A stretch of 63,728 nt of DNA, counting the filler, from a bacterium (GTDB lineage Bacteria; JALSQH01): NCBI GenBank assembly GCA_026985515.1. It is 9 parts of 9 records of this genome, joined end to end, with 100 filler letters (N's around TTAATTAATTAA, not from the genome) between each part and the next. Parts side by side here need not be neighbours in the genome. Positions count along the whole stretch, not along the records: positions 10,164 to 28,531 come from JALSQH010000032.1; positions 28,632 to 38,341 come from JALSQH010000033.1; 7 more parts are not named here. One strand, written 5' to 3'. This document shows positions 19,822 to 30,184 of this stretch, in pieces (positions within the stretch are counted from its first letter, which is position 1; each line of letters opens with the position of its first letter). Made by a program: the position numbers and the translations under genes. Under the pieces are notes generated by a model. It was not told where the DNA came from, made no database searches, and saw only the letters and a list, made by a program, of their open reading frames with translations.

Positions 19822-20802
19822 TTACTGGAGAGGGGTTATTTTATAACCATTCTGGGAAGCAAACATTATAGCATTTGTGGCAATCTGGGTGAGGTTGAGG
19901 AGCCTTGCAACCTGTACATTAACGGCTATCTCAAGGCCCCTGGGATACTCATACGGGATCTGGGAGGGGGGTATTCCGCTGAATATACGCTGGGCTATCT
20001 CGCAAGCCTGAGCTCCAAGACTTACATAATCACCCACGGTGAGGGCAATGAATGCTCCACTCTTTACCAGCGCCTTTGAAAAAACGAAGAAGGGAATCTT
20101 CTTCTCATTTGTGAACTTTAAAATTTCAACAAAGGACTTCCTGGTTACCACAGTTGGATCAGGAATTAGCCAGTAGGCATCAATTCCCCCCGCAAACAGC
20201 TGAAGAGCATCAAGAGTGTCATCCTCTGTTTCAACTCTTCCTGCAATGAGCTGAAGTCCAAGTTTCGCAGCAACCCTCTTCGCTTCCTTTATGATGTTCT
20301 CGGAGTTACGGGGATTGTACAGTACACCAATCTTTTTTATATTGGGGACAATTGCCTTTATTGTCTTGAGCTGGACTTCAACAGGAATTTCAAGTCTAAC
20401 ACCGGTTATATTTGGAGCCTTAATATTCAATCTTTCTGGATTAAGTACCACTGTGAAAACGATGGGGATTGAACTGCTTATGTAATTTTTCGCGGCTATA
20501 AGAGCCCTTGCACCAACTGCAAGTACGAGATCAGGATGTTCTGCATTTATTTGATCTGCGTAGGTCTTTGCAATGGCATAGTTGTTGTTGATGTTGAATT
20601 CCTTATACTCCCCGGGACAGTTGCTTTTGAAACCGGCAATGGCATCATTGTAGAACTTGTTGTCCATGCTTTTTAATATGTAAATACGCTTCTTTCCCTG
20701 AGCGAAAGTTGTACTCAGTGTGAAAAAAATAAAACCAATCAGGAGAAAAAATGTTATTGAAATTAATGTGGTAACATTTCTGCTTTTAACTATCATTATC
20801 AA
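19822..20802 (-). CDS. ABC_sub_bind-family periplasmic substrate-binding protein
   Basis: IPIVFTVVLNP, NITGV, KKIGVLYNP, AVNVQVARLLNL; own TTGACA-17-TAATAT promoter at 20814-20842. Confidence 0.85.
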   Translation of the reverse strand: MIMIVKSRNVTTLISITFFLLIGFIFFTLSTTFAQGKKRIYILKSMDNKFYNDAIAGFKSNCPGEYKEFNINNNYAIAKTYADQINAEHPDLVLAVGARALIAAKNYISSSIPIVFTVVLNPERLNIKAPNITGVRLEIPVEVQLKTIKAIVPNIKKIGVLYNPRNSENIIKEAKRVAAKLGLQLIAGRVETEDDTLDALQLFAGGIDAYWLIPDPTVVTRKSFVEILKFTNEKKIPFFVFSKALVKSGAFIALTVGDYVSLGAQACEIAQRIFSGIPPSQIPYEYPRGLEIAVNVQVARLLNLTQIATNAIMFASQNGYKITPLQ

Positions 20803-20852
20803 CCCTTTTTAAAATATTAACGCAAAAATGCCCGCCTGTCAATAAAACACAT

Positions 20853-23099
20853 TTAAAAAGTTGCCCTCACAAACCCCATGAGAATCCTCGGGATCTTTGA
20901 TCCTCCAAATGTCTGGGGGACTGAATCTGGTGTGAATTTCAGGTTATCGTCACCTGCAAACTCTCTGTGACCGGGGGCCACAAGATTTTTACCGTAAAAG
21001 CCAATCTCTATTTCCTTCGTAACCAGAAAAGAAAGTTTCAAACTCAGATCCAGATAATTCCCCAGTTCCTGATTCTCCACATAGGGCACAAAGACACTCC
21101 CCTTGATGGGGTTAGTGAGCTCTACATATCTTTTGGAAATATAATGTCCAAGTAAAGCGTAACTTAATCGATCAGAGATGTTGCCCAGGACTCCAAAATT
21201 AACGCTGTTTTCGGGGTGGGTATCTTCATAGGTATTAAGATTGACATTTTTCACTTTAAGATATGAATAATTAACGAATCCACCTATCATTTTTGAACCA
21301 TACCTAAAACTTATTTCACCACCGTAGTAATCTCTGTCGTTACCAGTGTTTGTGAAAAGCAACCTGCTTCCAGAAAATTGAATCGCCTTTCTGTGTTGAT
21401 TGTAAAAAAGGTCAATATTGAATCTCAAATTCTTACCATACTTGGCAGCGTAGCCAAGTTCGTAGGCTGTCATCTCCTCATTTTTAAGTTCAGGGTTGGC
21501 CCATGTGAGATTTAAATTTTCAAGTCTTTTTAACTTCATCTGATTCTGGTAAAAAGATGGTTTCAGGAAAGCTTTTGAATAACTGATTCTAAATGAATTG
21601 TTATTTATGGGTGTTATTATCAAACATACTTTGGGGCTGAAAGCAGGTTCCTTAGTTGTGGAGTTCCAGTCGTAACGGGCTCCGAGGGTCAGAGTGACAA
21701 GATCCACAGGATACCACTCATTCTGGAGGTAAACTCCCACCCTCTTTTCATCAGAATACTGTGGGTCAAATATTTCAGATTTATAAAATGAATATCTAAC
21801 ATTCACACCGCCAGTCAGCCTGTCAACCTTGCCAACTTCTCTGGAGTAAAGGAAATCTCCATCAAACATGTCATTGGTACCATAGATATTTCCAAGCAGT
21901 GACTGGAAAAGGGGATTCTCAATCTTAACATCAGCATAAGTATCTGACCAGAATACCCTTGCTTTAAAATTCTCAAGTGTGTAAATGGCATTAATATAGT
22001 TGATTTTCCCATGGGTGGGTACCTCGCCTAAGTTCGAAAATATGTCTGCATACGCATCTATAACTCCACCACTAAGTTTCAGGTATGATTGTTCATAAAA
22101 CTTGTACTTGACAACGCTCCTCATTAACTTAGCCTCAAAGCCAGTTTCATTTCTGTCATAAGCCCTTGATTTTCTATACATTCCTGTTAGAGAATATGAG
22201 AGAGATTCATTCTTTTTGGCACTGAGGCTCACTGTGGAATAAAGGGTGTCATAGTTCCCCACATAGGTGGCAAGGTAGTAACCCTGCTGTTTATCTGGAT
22301 CAATGGAGATTATGTTTATAACAGTGGAGAAAGCATTGGCTCCATAAAGAGCTGAACCGGGACCCCTGATTATTTCAATTCTTTCTACATCATGAAGAGA
22401 AATTGGAATTACTTCACTAAACGCAATTCCAAACATTTGATTATTTAATTCCATTCCATCGAGCAAGAAAAGAGACATGTTGTTCGATTCATCTGCCATT
22501 CCTCTGGCCCCAACTATATAATAACCAGGGGTAAATTGATAAACTTCCATGCCAGGAACATACTTTAGTAATTCCGCAAATGAAAAAGTCCCTGTTTTCC
22601 TAATAAATTTTTTATCAAGAACAGTAATTGCAGCCGGTGCTTTTGTGGCTTTCTGTTTGTGACGGGCAGCAGAAACAACGACATCCTCAGCCTGGAAAAG
22701 TTCAAATTCCTCTTCCAGCTCTGATCGCTTTTTCGACTGCAGGGTAACTTTAATTTTGAATGGTTTGGCTGCGCTGGCAAAAAGGAGATGCGTCTGACCG
22801 TTCAAATCCATATAGTAAATGAAAAGGGAAATTTCAGGGGGTATGACATCCTTTCCCGGTATATATCCAACAAAATATCCATTACTTCTGCTCAGAACAA
22901 CAGTTTTGTACCTTGATTTTGCATTTTTGTAACTGACTATTATCTGGGAAACCTGGGATGGATTGCTTACTCTCAACTGTATTTTGACATCCTCACCCTC
23001 CACCACAGTAAGAGGTGGGAAAAATTCAACCAGTTTCACAGCGGCTTTAAGGCTTGCTGTGAAGAAAAAGATGAGAAGAAGATATTTAAGGAGTTTCAT
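20853..23099 (-). CDS. TonB-dependent receptor with N-terminal Ig-like extension
   Basis: VVVSAA TonB box, KAPAAITV, ERIEIIRGPGSALYGANAF plug, NPELKNE, terminal F. Confidence 0.92.
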   Translation of the reverse strand: MKLLKYLLLIFFFTASLKAAVKLVEFFPPLTVVEGEDVKIQLRVSNPSQVSQIIVSYKNAKSRYKTVVLSRSNGYFVGYIPGKDVIPPEISLFIYYMDLNGQTHLLFASAAKPFKIKVTLQSKKRSELEEEFELFQAEDVVVSAARHKQKATKAPAAITVLDKKFIRKTGTFSFAELLKYVPGMEVYQFTPGYYIVGARGMADESNNMSLFLLDGMELNNQMFGIAFSEVIPISLHDVERIEIIRGPGSALYGANAFSTVINIISIDPDKQQGYYLATYVGNYDTLYSTVSLSAKKNESLSYSLTGMYRKSRAYDRNETGFEAKLMRSVVKYKFYEQSYLKLSGGVIDAYADIFSNLGEVPTHGKINYINAIYTLENFKARVFWSDTYADVKIENPLFQSLLGNIYGTNDMFDGDFLYSREVGKVDRLTGGVNVRYSFYKSEIFDPQYSDEKRVGVYLQNEWYPVDLVTLTLGARYDWNSTTKEPAFSPKVCLIITPINNNSFRISYSKAFLKPSFYQNQMKLKRLENLNLTWANPELKNEEMTAYELGYAAKYGKNLRFNIDLFYNQHRKAIQFSGSRLLFTNTGNDRDYYGGEISFRYGSKMIGGFVNYSYLKVKNVNLNTYEDTHPENSVNFGVLGNISDRLSYALLGHYISKRYVELTNPIKGSVFVPYVENQELGNYLDLSLKLSFLVTKEIEIGFYGKNLVAPGHREFAGDDNLKFTPDSVPQTFGGSKIPRILMGFVRATF

Positions 23100-23109
23100 C
23101 CTCATCCTC

Positions 23110-25260
23110 CTAATAATTTGCATCCTTACAGCATCTGAAACCTATATCTTTATCATGCCTGAAATATGCCTTCGGTCTCCTGGCAGAACATCTTGATTCA
23201 CCTTTTGTTCTTCTGTAAGATCCACCCTTTGTGACAAACATATTCTGTGCAGTCATGGTAGCAGTCCACTCAAGGAGATTGCCACTCATGTCATAAACAC
23301 CAAAACCACTTTTACACCCGGGAAGGGAACCGGAGGGAAGTATTTTTCCAAATCCTGCCTCAGAGGTGTTGCAGGCTCTGTTTTTGAAGCTCATCCCGTA
23401 GGGGAAGAGATTGTTTGAAGGACCCTTGCAAGCTCTCTCCCACTCAGCTTCGGTGCATAATCTTTTTCCCTGTGCTTTGCACAGATTATATGCCTGGGTA
23501 TAGGTCACTCCTGATCGGGGAACAGCACCCTTTTTGTTGGGGTACTCATATTTATCTATGCAGAATCCCTTTATGTATGTTCTGCCAAAATACTTATCAA
23601 AGAAACTGTCACGATACGGGTCATCGGGAGGTGAACCGTAAATAAAGTAACCTCCCGGGATATACACCATACCGGGGGGACAGCGGGGAGGTTTTGCCAT
23701 GGCCACTTTTTCAGGCTTCTGTTCTTTACTTACAGACTCCTTTTTCCCACCTGCCTCTGCCTTCACAGTTTCTTTTACTCTTTTCTTTTCCTCAGAGGCC
23801 ACTTTCTTCTCGGTTTTTCTGACCTTAACTTTCTGAGCAGTTTTCTCCACCTTTCTTTTAGATTCTGCCACATTTGCCTGTTTTTTTACCTGATTTGTTG
23901 AAGCTTTTACAGTTAACTGAGGCGTGGCAATACTTTTTCTGGCGACTCTTTGTGTAGTTTTGGGTGAAGTTAAACTACTTTCAGATTTATTTCTTCCCTT
24001 CCCCTGAAGAAAAACAAATGCTCCAGCCCCTCCTGCAAGTATCAGGAGAATAAGAAGTATCAGTGCCAGAGGGGATTTTTTCTTCTCAGGCTTCCTTTCA
24101 ATCCTCTCCTCTTCTTCCGGAGAAATCAGTTCTTCTTCAAACAGCAACTCCTTTTTCCGTTCCTTCTTTTCTTCCTTCTCTTCCCCCATTTCCTCTTCTG
24201 CAAACAGATCAACTTTCTTTGAAGGTTTCTCCTCTTCTGGGGGTTTCCCTTCCACTCCAGGTCCCTCTTCTTTTTTCTCCGGTTTTGCAGCTTTCCTCTG
24301 CTCCTCTTTCTTTTTCTTTATTGTTTCCTTCAGCAGTGACACCTTGCCTTCTCTTCCAGCAACGCGGCCAAATTCGTAGTGAAATTCCTCAATACAGCAG
24401 AACCTCTTTTCGGGATCCCTTGAAAGAGCTTTGAGAACTATTTCATCCACATCCCCTCTGATATCCGGGTTTATGGAAGAAGGAGGAGCAGGTTCAGCTT
24501 TGGGGATTGAGCAGGTGAGCATTTCATAAAGAATTACACCGAGGGCGTAAATATCAACTTTCTGGTCTATCTGGTCTGGAGCAGTGATATACTCCGGAGA
24601 AAGGTAGTAGTAAACATCTCCCAGAGCAAGCTGTACAGATACGAAATCCTGGGGAGGTAGAACTCTGCTGATCACATAATCGGTGACCTTTACACCACTG
24701 GCAGTTATGATCACATTTTCAGGTTTAAGATCACCGTGAAAACTGAATGTATGAATTTTCTCAAGGGCTTTTGCAATTCCATCAAAAATGGGAAATATCT
24801 CACTCAGAGAGAAAAACTGCTGTTTGTTCTTCTTTGCATTTATAACTTTCCTCAGGTCGATTCCGTCAATGTACTGTGTTACAATGAAGGGAACTCCCCT
24901 GAATTCGTCAATTTCAAAGTACTTGACCAGATTCTCATGATCAACTTCAAGAACCTTTCTGTGTTCATCAAAAAATCTATTTCGGATTTCCTGATCCTCG
25001 CAGAACTCCCTGTTGAGCATTTTAACTATGGAAATGACATCATACTTTGTGTCGTAAACTTTAAAGACGGTGCCTATTCCTCCGCTCCCGAGATTCTGCC
25101 TGATTTCAAAACGATCCTTTATCAAATCCCCCTCTTTGAGTGTCGAGGGATCAAGGATTTTGTCTCTGTCAATCTTTAAAATGGGCTTGATAATCTGACC
25201 ACAGTATGGGCAAACTTCAGCATCATCGGGAACTTCCTGAAGACACCTGAAGCATTTCAC
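23110..25260 (-). CDS. Membrane Ser/Thr kinase: Zn ribbon-kinase-TM-FGE/sulfatase-modifying domain
   Basis: CFRC/CPYC, GSGGIG, HGDLKPEN, YLSPE, DIYALG; TM; RLCTEAEWERAC, YDMSGNLLEW, GFRCC. Confidence 0.9.
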   Translation of the reverse strand: MKCFRCLQEVPDDAEVCPYCGQIIKPILKIDRDKILDPSTLKEGDLIKDRFEIRQNLGSGGIGTVFKVYDTKYDVISIVKMLNREFCEDQEIRNRFFDEHRKVLEVDHENLVKYFEIDEFRGVPFIVTQYIDGIDLRKVINAKKNKQQFFSLSEIFPIFDGIAKALEKIHTFSFHGDLKPENVIITASGVKVTDYVISRVLPPQDFVSVQLALGDVYYYLSPEYITAPDQIDQKVDIYALGVILYEMLTCSIPKAEPAPPSSINPDIRGDVDEIVLKALSRDPEKRFCCIEEFHYEFGRVAGREGKVSLLKETIKKKKEEQRKAAKPEKKEEGPGVEGKPPEEEKPSKKVDLFAEEEMGEEKEEKKERKKELLFEEELISPEEEERIERKPEKKKSPLALILLILLILAGGAGAFVFLQGKGRNKSESSLTSPKTTQRVARKSIATPQLTVKASTNQVKKQANVAESKRKVEKTAQKVKVRKTEKKVASEEKKRVKETVKAEAGGKKESVSKEQKPEKVAMAKPPRCPPGMVYIPGGYFIYGSPPDDPYRDSFFDKYFGRTYIKGFCIDKYEYPNKKGAVPRSGVTYTQAYNLCKAQGKRLCTEAEWERACKGPSNNLFPYGMSFKNRACNTSEAGFGKILPSGSLPGCKSGFGVYDMSGNLLEWTATMTAQNMFVTKGGSYRRTKGESRCSARRPKAYFRHDKDIGFRCCKDANY

Positions 25261-25362
25261 AACACAACTCCTTTTGCTTTTCGATTCATAATGAAGATAG
25301 CATAATAGGGGTACATTTGCAAGGGGTGGAAGAAGGATAAAAGTTTGATATAATGGTTTTTG

Positions 25363-26943
25363 ATGATAGAAGTAGAATCAATAGTCGCCATACTTGTTCT
25401 TTTTTTGGTTTCTTTTTTCTTAAGCCTGATACTGAATAGATTTACAATTTTTGTCGGGAAAAAGATTAAAATTCTAGACATACCTGATCACAGGAAAATA
25501 CATACACAATCTACACCAAGGTGGGGTGGAGTGGCTTTATTTCTTTCAACCTGGCTAACAGGCCTTCTGGTTCTTCCAGGTTCTAAGCTTTTTATTTCGC
25601 TTCTGCTCGGGAGTTCAATTTTAATAATTATTGGTACCCTTGACGATAAATGGGGAGTAAGGGCGAGCTGGAAACTGTTCTTTCACCTTTTGAGCTCAAT
25701 GATCTTTGTGATCATAACAGGTTCAAAATTTTCTTTTATTACCCTTCCATTAACAGGTATGATCAAGTTCCCAGCATCTCTGGGATATATTTTAGCTATC
25801 TTCTGGATAACTTTAACTATAAATGCTTTTAACTTGATTGATGGACTTGATGGACTGGCCTGTGGCCTTGCAATTATAGCACTAATCGGCACCGCTGCTC
25901 TTTCCAGTAATTTCACGACTTTTAATCTCACAATAATCCTCACCGGATCACTTCTGGGATTTTTGTTTTACAATTATCCACCGGCAATGGAATTTCTGGG
26001 AGATACGGGATCAATGTTTATTGGTTTTATGATTGGAAGTTTAACTTTAGTTTCGGGAAGCAAAACTTACTCTTTTTTCTCCATCTTCCTTCCCCTTTCA
26101 CTGATTCTGATTCCGGTTCTGGATACCACCTGGGCTTTTATAAGAAGAATAGCAAAAAGAACTCCACCCTTTCAGGCAGATAAATTGCACATACATCACC
26201 GGTTACTCCAGCTTAATCTCGAAAATAGAGAGGCCCTTGTTATAATTCTTTTTATCAGCGCCTCCATAGCAATTGCAGGAATTCTTCTCTCATTCTCAAG
26301 AAGTTTATTGTCAATATTTTCTCTTCTGATTCTTGCTTCTTCTTTTATTCTTATTGTGCTTATATATTCTGAATATTTCAGGTTGGGAAAATTGACAAGT
26401 GATATAAAACATTTTTTTGGAGTAATAGCCCAAAAAAGAAAAAAATTAAAAAAACCTGCATTCCTCGAACTTGTCGTAAACCTTTTAATTGCAGGTTATT
26501 ATCTGATCCTGCTCTTTAGAAGTGTTGGGATAACCCATATGATAATGATAGTCGATATGACGTTCATCCTGATAATAGGGTATGTCTTCTACTTAAAGAC
26601 GAAATTCCAGAGAAACCTTGGTGTTGTTCTTTTTCTCTCCGGGATATTGCTTGTGGCGAATCTGTTAATCTATTTAATTACCCTTCCTTCCTTTGATCCC
26701 TTTGCAGCTAAAAAAGATGTCATCCTTATAATAATCCTTGGGTATCTTTTTTATGAATTCTTCTTCCTGTATTATTACAATCTGCTCCTCCCCTATCCTG
26801 AGGATGTATTATTTGCTTTTTTGGCTGCAATTATTTCACTTTCAATAAAATCTTTTATTCCTTCATGGTGGTCAATTATTATGGTAGGAGGCATTATGTA
26901 TCTGGCAGTAAAGCTTCTGCTTCTCAAAATTGAAGAATGGTGA
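25363..26943 (+). CDS. WecA/TagO (MraY-family) polyprenyl-phosphate GlcNAc-1-P transferase with extra C-terminal TM domain
   Basis: TPRWGG, DDKW, NAFNLIDGLDG, FLGDTG, ADKLHIHHRL. Confidence 0.88.
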   Translation: MIEVESIVAILVLFLVSFFLSLILNRFTIFVGKKIKILDIPDHRKIHTQSTPRWGGVALFLSTWLTGLLVLPGSKLFISLLLGSSILIIIGTLDDKWGVRASWKLFFHLLSSMIFVIITGSKFSFITLPLTGMIKFPASLGYILAIFWITLTINAFNLIDGLDGLACGLAIIALIGTAALSSNFTTFNLTIILTGSLLGFLFYNYPPAMEFLGDTGSMFIGFMIGSLTLVSGSKTYSFFSIFLPLSLILIPVLDTTWAFIRRIAKRTPPFQADKLHIHHRLLQLNLENREALVIILFISASIAIAGILLSFSRSLLSIFSLLILASSFILIVLIYSEYFRLGKLTSDIKHFFGVIAQKRKKLKKPAFLELVVNLLIAGYYLILLFRSVGITHMIMIVDMTFILIIGYVFYLKTKFQRNLGVVLFLSGILLVANLLIYLITLPSFDPFAAKKDVILIIILGYLFYEFFFLYYYNLLLPYPEDVLFAFLAAIISLSIKSFIPSWWSIIMVGGIMYLAVKLLLLKIEEW

Positions 26944-28104
26944 TCATCTCTCAACCGAAGTGTATATCTCCATAAGGTCAAGATAATTTCTACTTTCTCC
27001 AAACCTCTCAACGAATGCATTGTAAGCCTGTCTAGATATCTTTTTCCATCTTGCTTTTTTCTTCAAGTTATGTAAATACTTTTTTAACTTTTCACCATCT
27101 TTCACCGGGAAAAGAAATCCATTTACTCCATCCTGAATCATAGACTGGAGTGCCCCAACCTTGCTCGCCACCACCGGAGTGCCCACTGAAAAAGCTTCCA
27201 TGATAATCATTCCAAATGTCTCATACCACACCGATGGTACAATCAGGGCTATTGCTCTTTCCATATAATCGTAAACCTTTTCATGGGGAACATAACCAGC
27301 ATAGGTAATGTTTTTAAATTTTTTCGCATAATCTCTCACCATATTTTCCAGCGGACCGGAACCCACTATCACAAGTTTCTCAGGAATCTTTTCCCATGTT
27401 TTCAAAAGAAAATCCACACCCTTTTCAACAGAAAGCCTGCCCACATATAAAAAAAACTCTCTATTTCTGTTGCTGTAACCTCTGGCATTTGGCAGGAAGT
27501 GTGGCTTTACTCTTATCTTCTCTTCAGGTATTCCCAGTTCCACAAATTTCTCTTTGCCAAATTCCGTAAAGACGATAAATAATGAAATCAAGTCAAACAC
27601 CTTCCTGTACTTCACAACATAGAGAGGTAAAGTAGCAAGAAAACTTTTTAAATAGGAATTCTCATAGCATCTGTTCAAAATAGCGTTATGGAGCCCTTCT
27701 CTGGCACATTTTTCACAGATTCTTCCGTTTCTGAAGAAAAAAGCAACGGGACAGAAAAATCTGAAATCGTGAAGAGATTGCACAATAGGGATTCCTTCTT
27801 CGTAGAGAGCAAAGTAGATGGAAGGTGAAAGCAGGGGAAACCAGGTATGCACATGAGCAATATCAAAATTTTTCTCTTTTAAGAACTTTTTTAACCTGTA
27901 ATAACTCTCCCATGACCATGGAATCTGGCCAAGGTGAAGAAATTTTCTGAAAAATGAAGATCTATCCACTTCGCTGTTATAACGGGCGAAAACCTCTACA
28001 TTGTGGCCATGATCCTTCAGCAGTCTGACCTCATTTCTCACCACTACATCATCACCACTTGCGGAACCCTCTCTATGGAAATTGTGGATGAAGAGGATGT
28101 TCAT
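26944..28104 (-). CDS. GT4 glycosyltransferase
   Basis: YVGRLSVEKG, PSVWYETFGMIIMEA. Confidence 0.92.
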   Translation of the reverse strand: MNILFIHNFHREGSASGDDVVVRNEVRLLKDHGHNVEVFARYNSEVDRSSFFRKFLHLGQIPWSWESYYRLKKFLKEKNFDIAHVHTWFPLLSPSIYFALYEEGIPIVQSLHDFRFFCPVAFFFRNGRICEKCAREGLHNAILNRCYENSYLKSFLATLPLYVVKYRKVFDLISLFIVFTEFGKEKFVELGIPEEKIRVKPHFLPNARGYSNRNREFFLYVGRLSVEKGVDFLLKTWEKIPEKLVIVGSGPLENMVRDYAKKFKNITYAGYVPHEKVYDYMERAIALIVPSVWYETFGMIIMEAFSVGTPVVASKVGALQSMIQDGVNGFLFPVKDGEKLKKYLHNLKKKARWKKISRQAYNAFVERFGESRNYLDLMEIYTSVER

Positions 28105-28531
28105 TTTCTGTCTCTTATCTTCCTGGCAGGAATTCCAACATTAACGGAATAAGGTTCAACATCTTTATTTACCAGAGATTTTGCACCAATCACTGCCCCC
28201 TTCCCTATTTTCACACCCCCAAGAATTGTAACATCAGCACCTATCCACACATCATCTTCAATCTCAACTGGCAAAATCTCAACACCCTGCTCTGCAATTG
28301 GAAGATTTTCATCATAAAAATTGTGCTTTTCAGAAATTATTGTTATACCCGGACCCATTAATACATTTTTCCCGATCCTTATACCACCTGTTGCACCTAT
28401 AAAACATCCATAATTGAAAGAACTTCCCTCCTCCATTATTAAATATCCATCACTTGACTCAATATTTCCAGTTCTCACATATGAATTTTTCCCAATGGTA
28501 ACACCATCCTTTAAAATAATTCCTTTTTCTG
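28101..28531 (-). CDS. Hexapeptide-repeat O-acetyltransferase, N-truncated
   Basis: IEDDVWIG, IGKGAVIGA, VGIPAR. Confidence 0.88.
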
Positions 28532-28631
28532 NNNNNNNNNNNNNNNNNNNNNNNNNNNNNNNNNNNNNNNNNNNNTTAATTAATTAANNNNNNNNNNNNN
28601 NNNNNNNNNNNNNNNNNNNNNNNNNNNNNNN

Positions 28632-28979
28632 GACTCCAAGAATAACATCCACTGCCATGCTTCCGTGATGGGGGGAAGAAATTGTTGTAAGGGAGGCAAC
28701 CTTTTTATGCAGGCCCAGCTTTGTTATCGCGTAACGTGCATCAACTCCACCCAGACTGTGCCCGAAAAGATTCACCTTTTCAAAACCCAGCGATTCCACA
28801 AAATTTTTTATCTCCATGGCCCTATTTTCAATTCTGTCGTATGCGGTGAGATGAGGAACAAGAACCGTATAACCATGGCTTCGCAGATGCTCTTCAATTC
28901 TGTAGAAATAGGTGAAGCTGAAAATCTTATCAAAACCACCTGCACCATGTAAAAGGACAATGGGATATTTTGTTGCCAT
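28632..28979 (-). CDS. Alpha/beta-hydrolase lipase, C-truncated
   Basis: YPIVLLHG, GHSLGG nucleophile elbow, SPHHGS. Confidence 0.88.
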
Positions 28980-29122
28980 CCTGTCTTTATTATACTTTTT
29001 CAGACACAAATGGCAATTATTTTAGAAGAAAAAACAAAAATGTCTAATTTCAGCTAATTAGGGATAAATATTTGAAATTTTAATCCAAATGAGATAAGAT
29101 TGAAATGCAGAGGGGGTGTCTT

Positions 29123-30184
29123 ATGAGCTGTGAAGAAGAACTCATCGAACTTAAAAAGATCAATTCAAAATTACTAAAAACCAATCAGCAACTTGAACAA
29201 AAATTACTTGAACTTTACACCCTTTACAGCATTTCAAGGGAGCTGACTGATGCAACAGAGCTTGAAGAGATGTTGAACGCAACCATGCAAATCATGAAGG
29301 ACACTCTTGGAATAGATGGTTTCGTTGTTTATCTCAAAGATGACCTGTCAGATTTTTTTGTCCTGCAGAGTGTCTACGGAATAGATCCTGAGAAAATTCA
29401 GAACATCAGAATCTCCCCCAACGAGGAGATAATTAAGGAACTTTCTGAAAAAAACAAAATAATGGTGGATCTCTCAGAAAACAACATTCCAATTCTTTCA
29501 CCCGACCTGATAAAAAAAGGGAAAATGCTGCTCCTTTCCTTCAGAAACCTCGAAATGGTCGGTTTTATAGGGATTTTGAGAAGCAGCAGGGAATTTGAGA
29601 ATCATGAATGGGAATTTTTTGAAAATATGTCGGAACAGCTTACAAAAGCCATAGAAAAGTTTCTCCATCAAAAGAAAGTTCAGGACATGATAATCATTGA
29701 CACTGAGACAGGACTCTATAATAGAAAATTTTTCTTTGAGGCAATGAAAAGGGAATGGGAAAGAGCAAGAAGGTACAAACGATTTATGAGCCTAATGATA
29801 ATAAAAGTTAACAACTTCAATGAATTTTTTTCAAAACATGGTAGCAATCTCTCTGAAGCTTTACTGAGAAGTATTGCCCAAACCCTTTCAGCCAACATAA
29901 GATTCAGCGACATAATTGCCCGTTTCGGAATTGATGAATTCGCAATAATTCTTCCTGAAACCAATTCGGAAAAAGCTGAAAAAGCTGCAAGAAAGATTCT
30001 CAATATTCTGGAGAAAAAAAGATTCCTTGGTGAAAGCGAAATGGGAGAAAATGGAGTTACTTTCTCAATTGGTATTGCATCATATCCTGAGTCAGGAGAG
30101 GAACCTCTGAAAATTCTGAACAGCGCTATTGAAGCTACCAGGCTTGCTCAAAAAGGCGGACCCGGTAAAATTATTGTTGCATGA
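29123..30184 (+). CDS. GAF + GGDEF protein with degenerate site (GIDEF)
   Basis: DTETGLYNRK, ARFGIDEF, FSIGIA. Confidence 0.85.
   Translation: MSCEEELIELKKINSKLLKTNQQLEQKLLELYTLYSISRELTDATELEEMLNATMQIMKDTLGIDGFVVYLKDDLSDFFVLQSVYGIDPEKIQNIRISPNEEIIKELSEKNKIMVDLSENNIPILSPDLIKKGKMLLLSFRNLEMVGFIGILRSSREFENHEWEFFENMSEQLTKAIEKFLHQKKVQDMIIIDTETGLYNRKFFFEAMKREWERARRYKRFMSLMIIKVNNFNEFFSKHGSNLSEALLRSIAQTLSANIRFSDIIARFGIDEFAIILPETNSEKAEKAARKILNILEKKRFLGESEMGENGVTFSIGIASYPESGEEPLKILNSAIEATRLAQKGGPGKIIVA

Noticed and set aside
23110-23690. FGE/CLec-fold domain as a DGR target
   Set aside because: No template repeat or RT seen in the window
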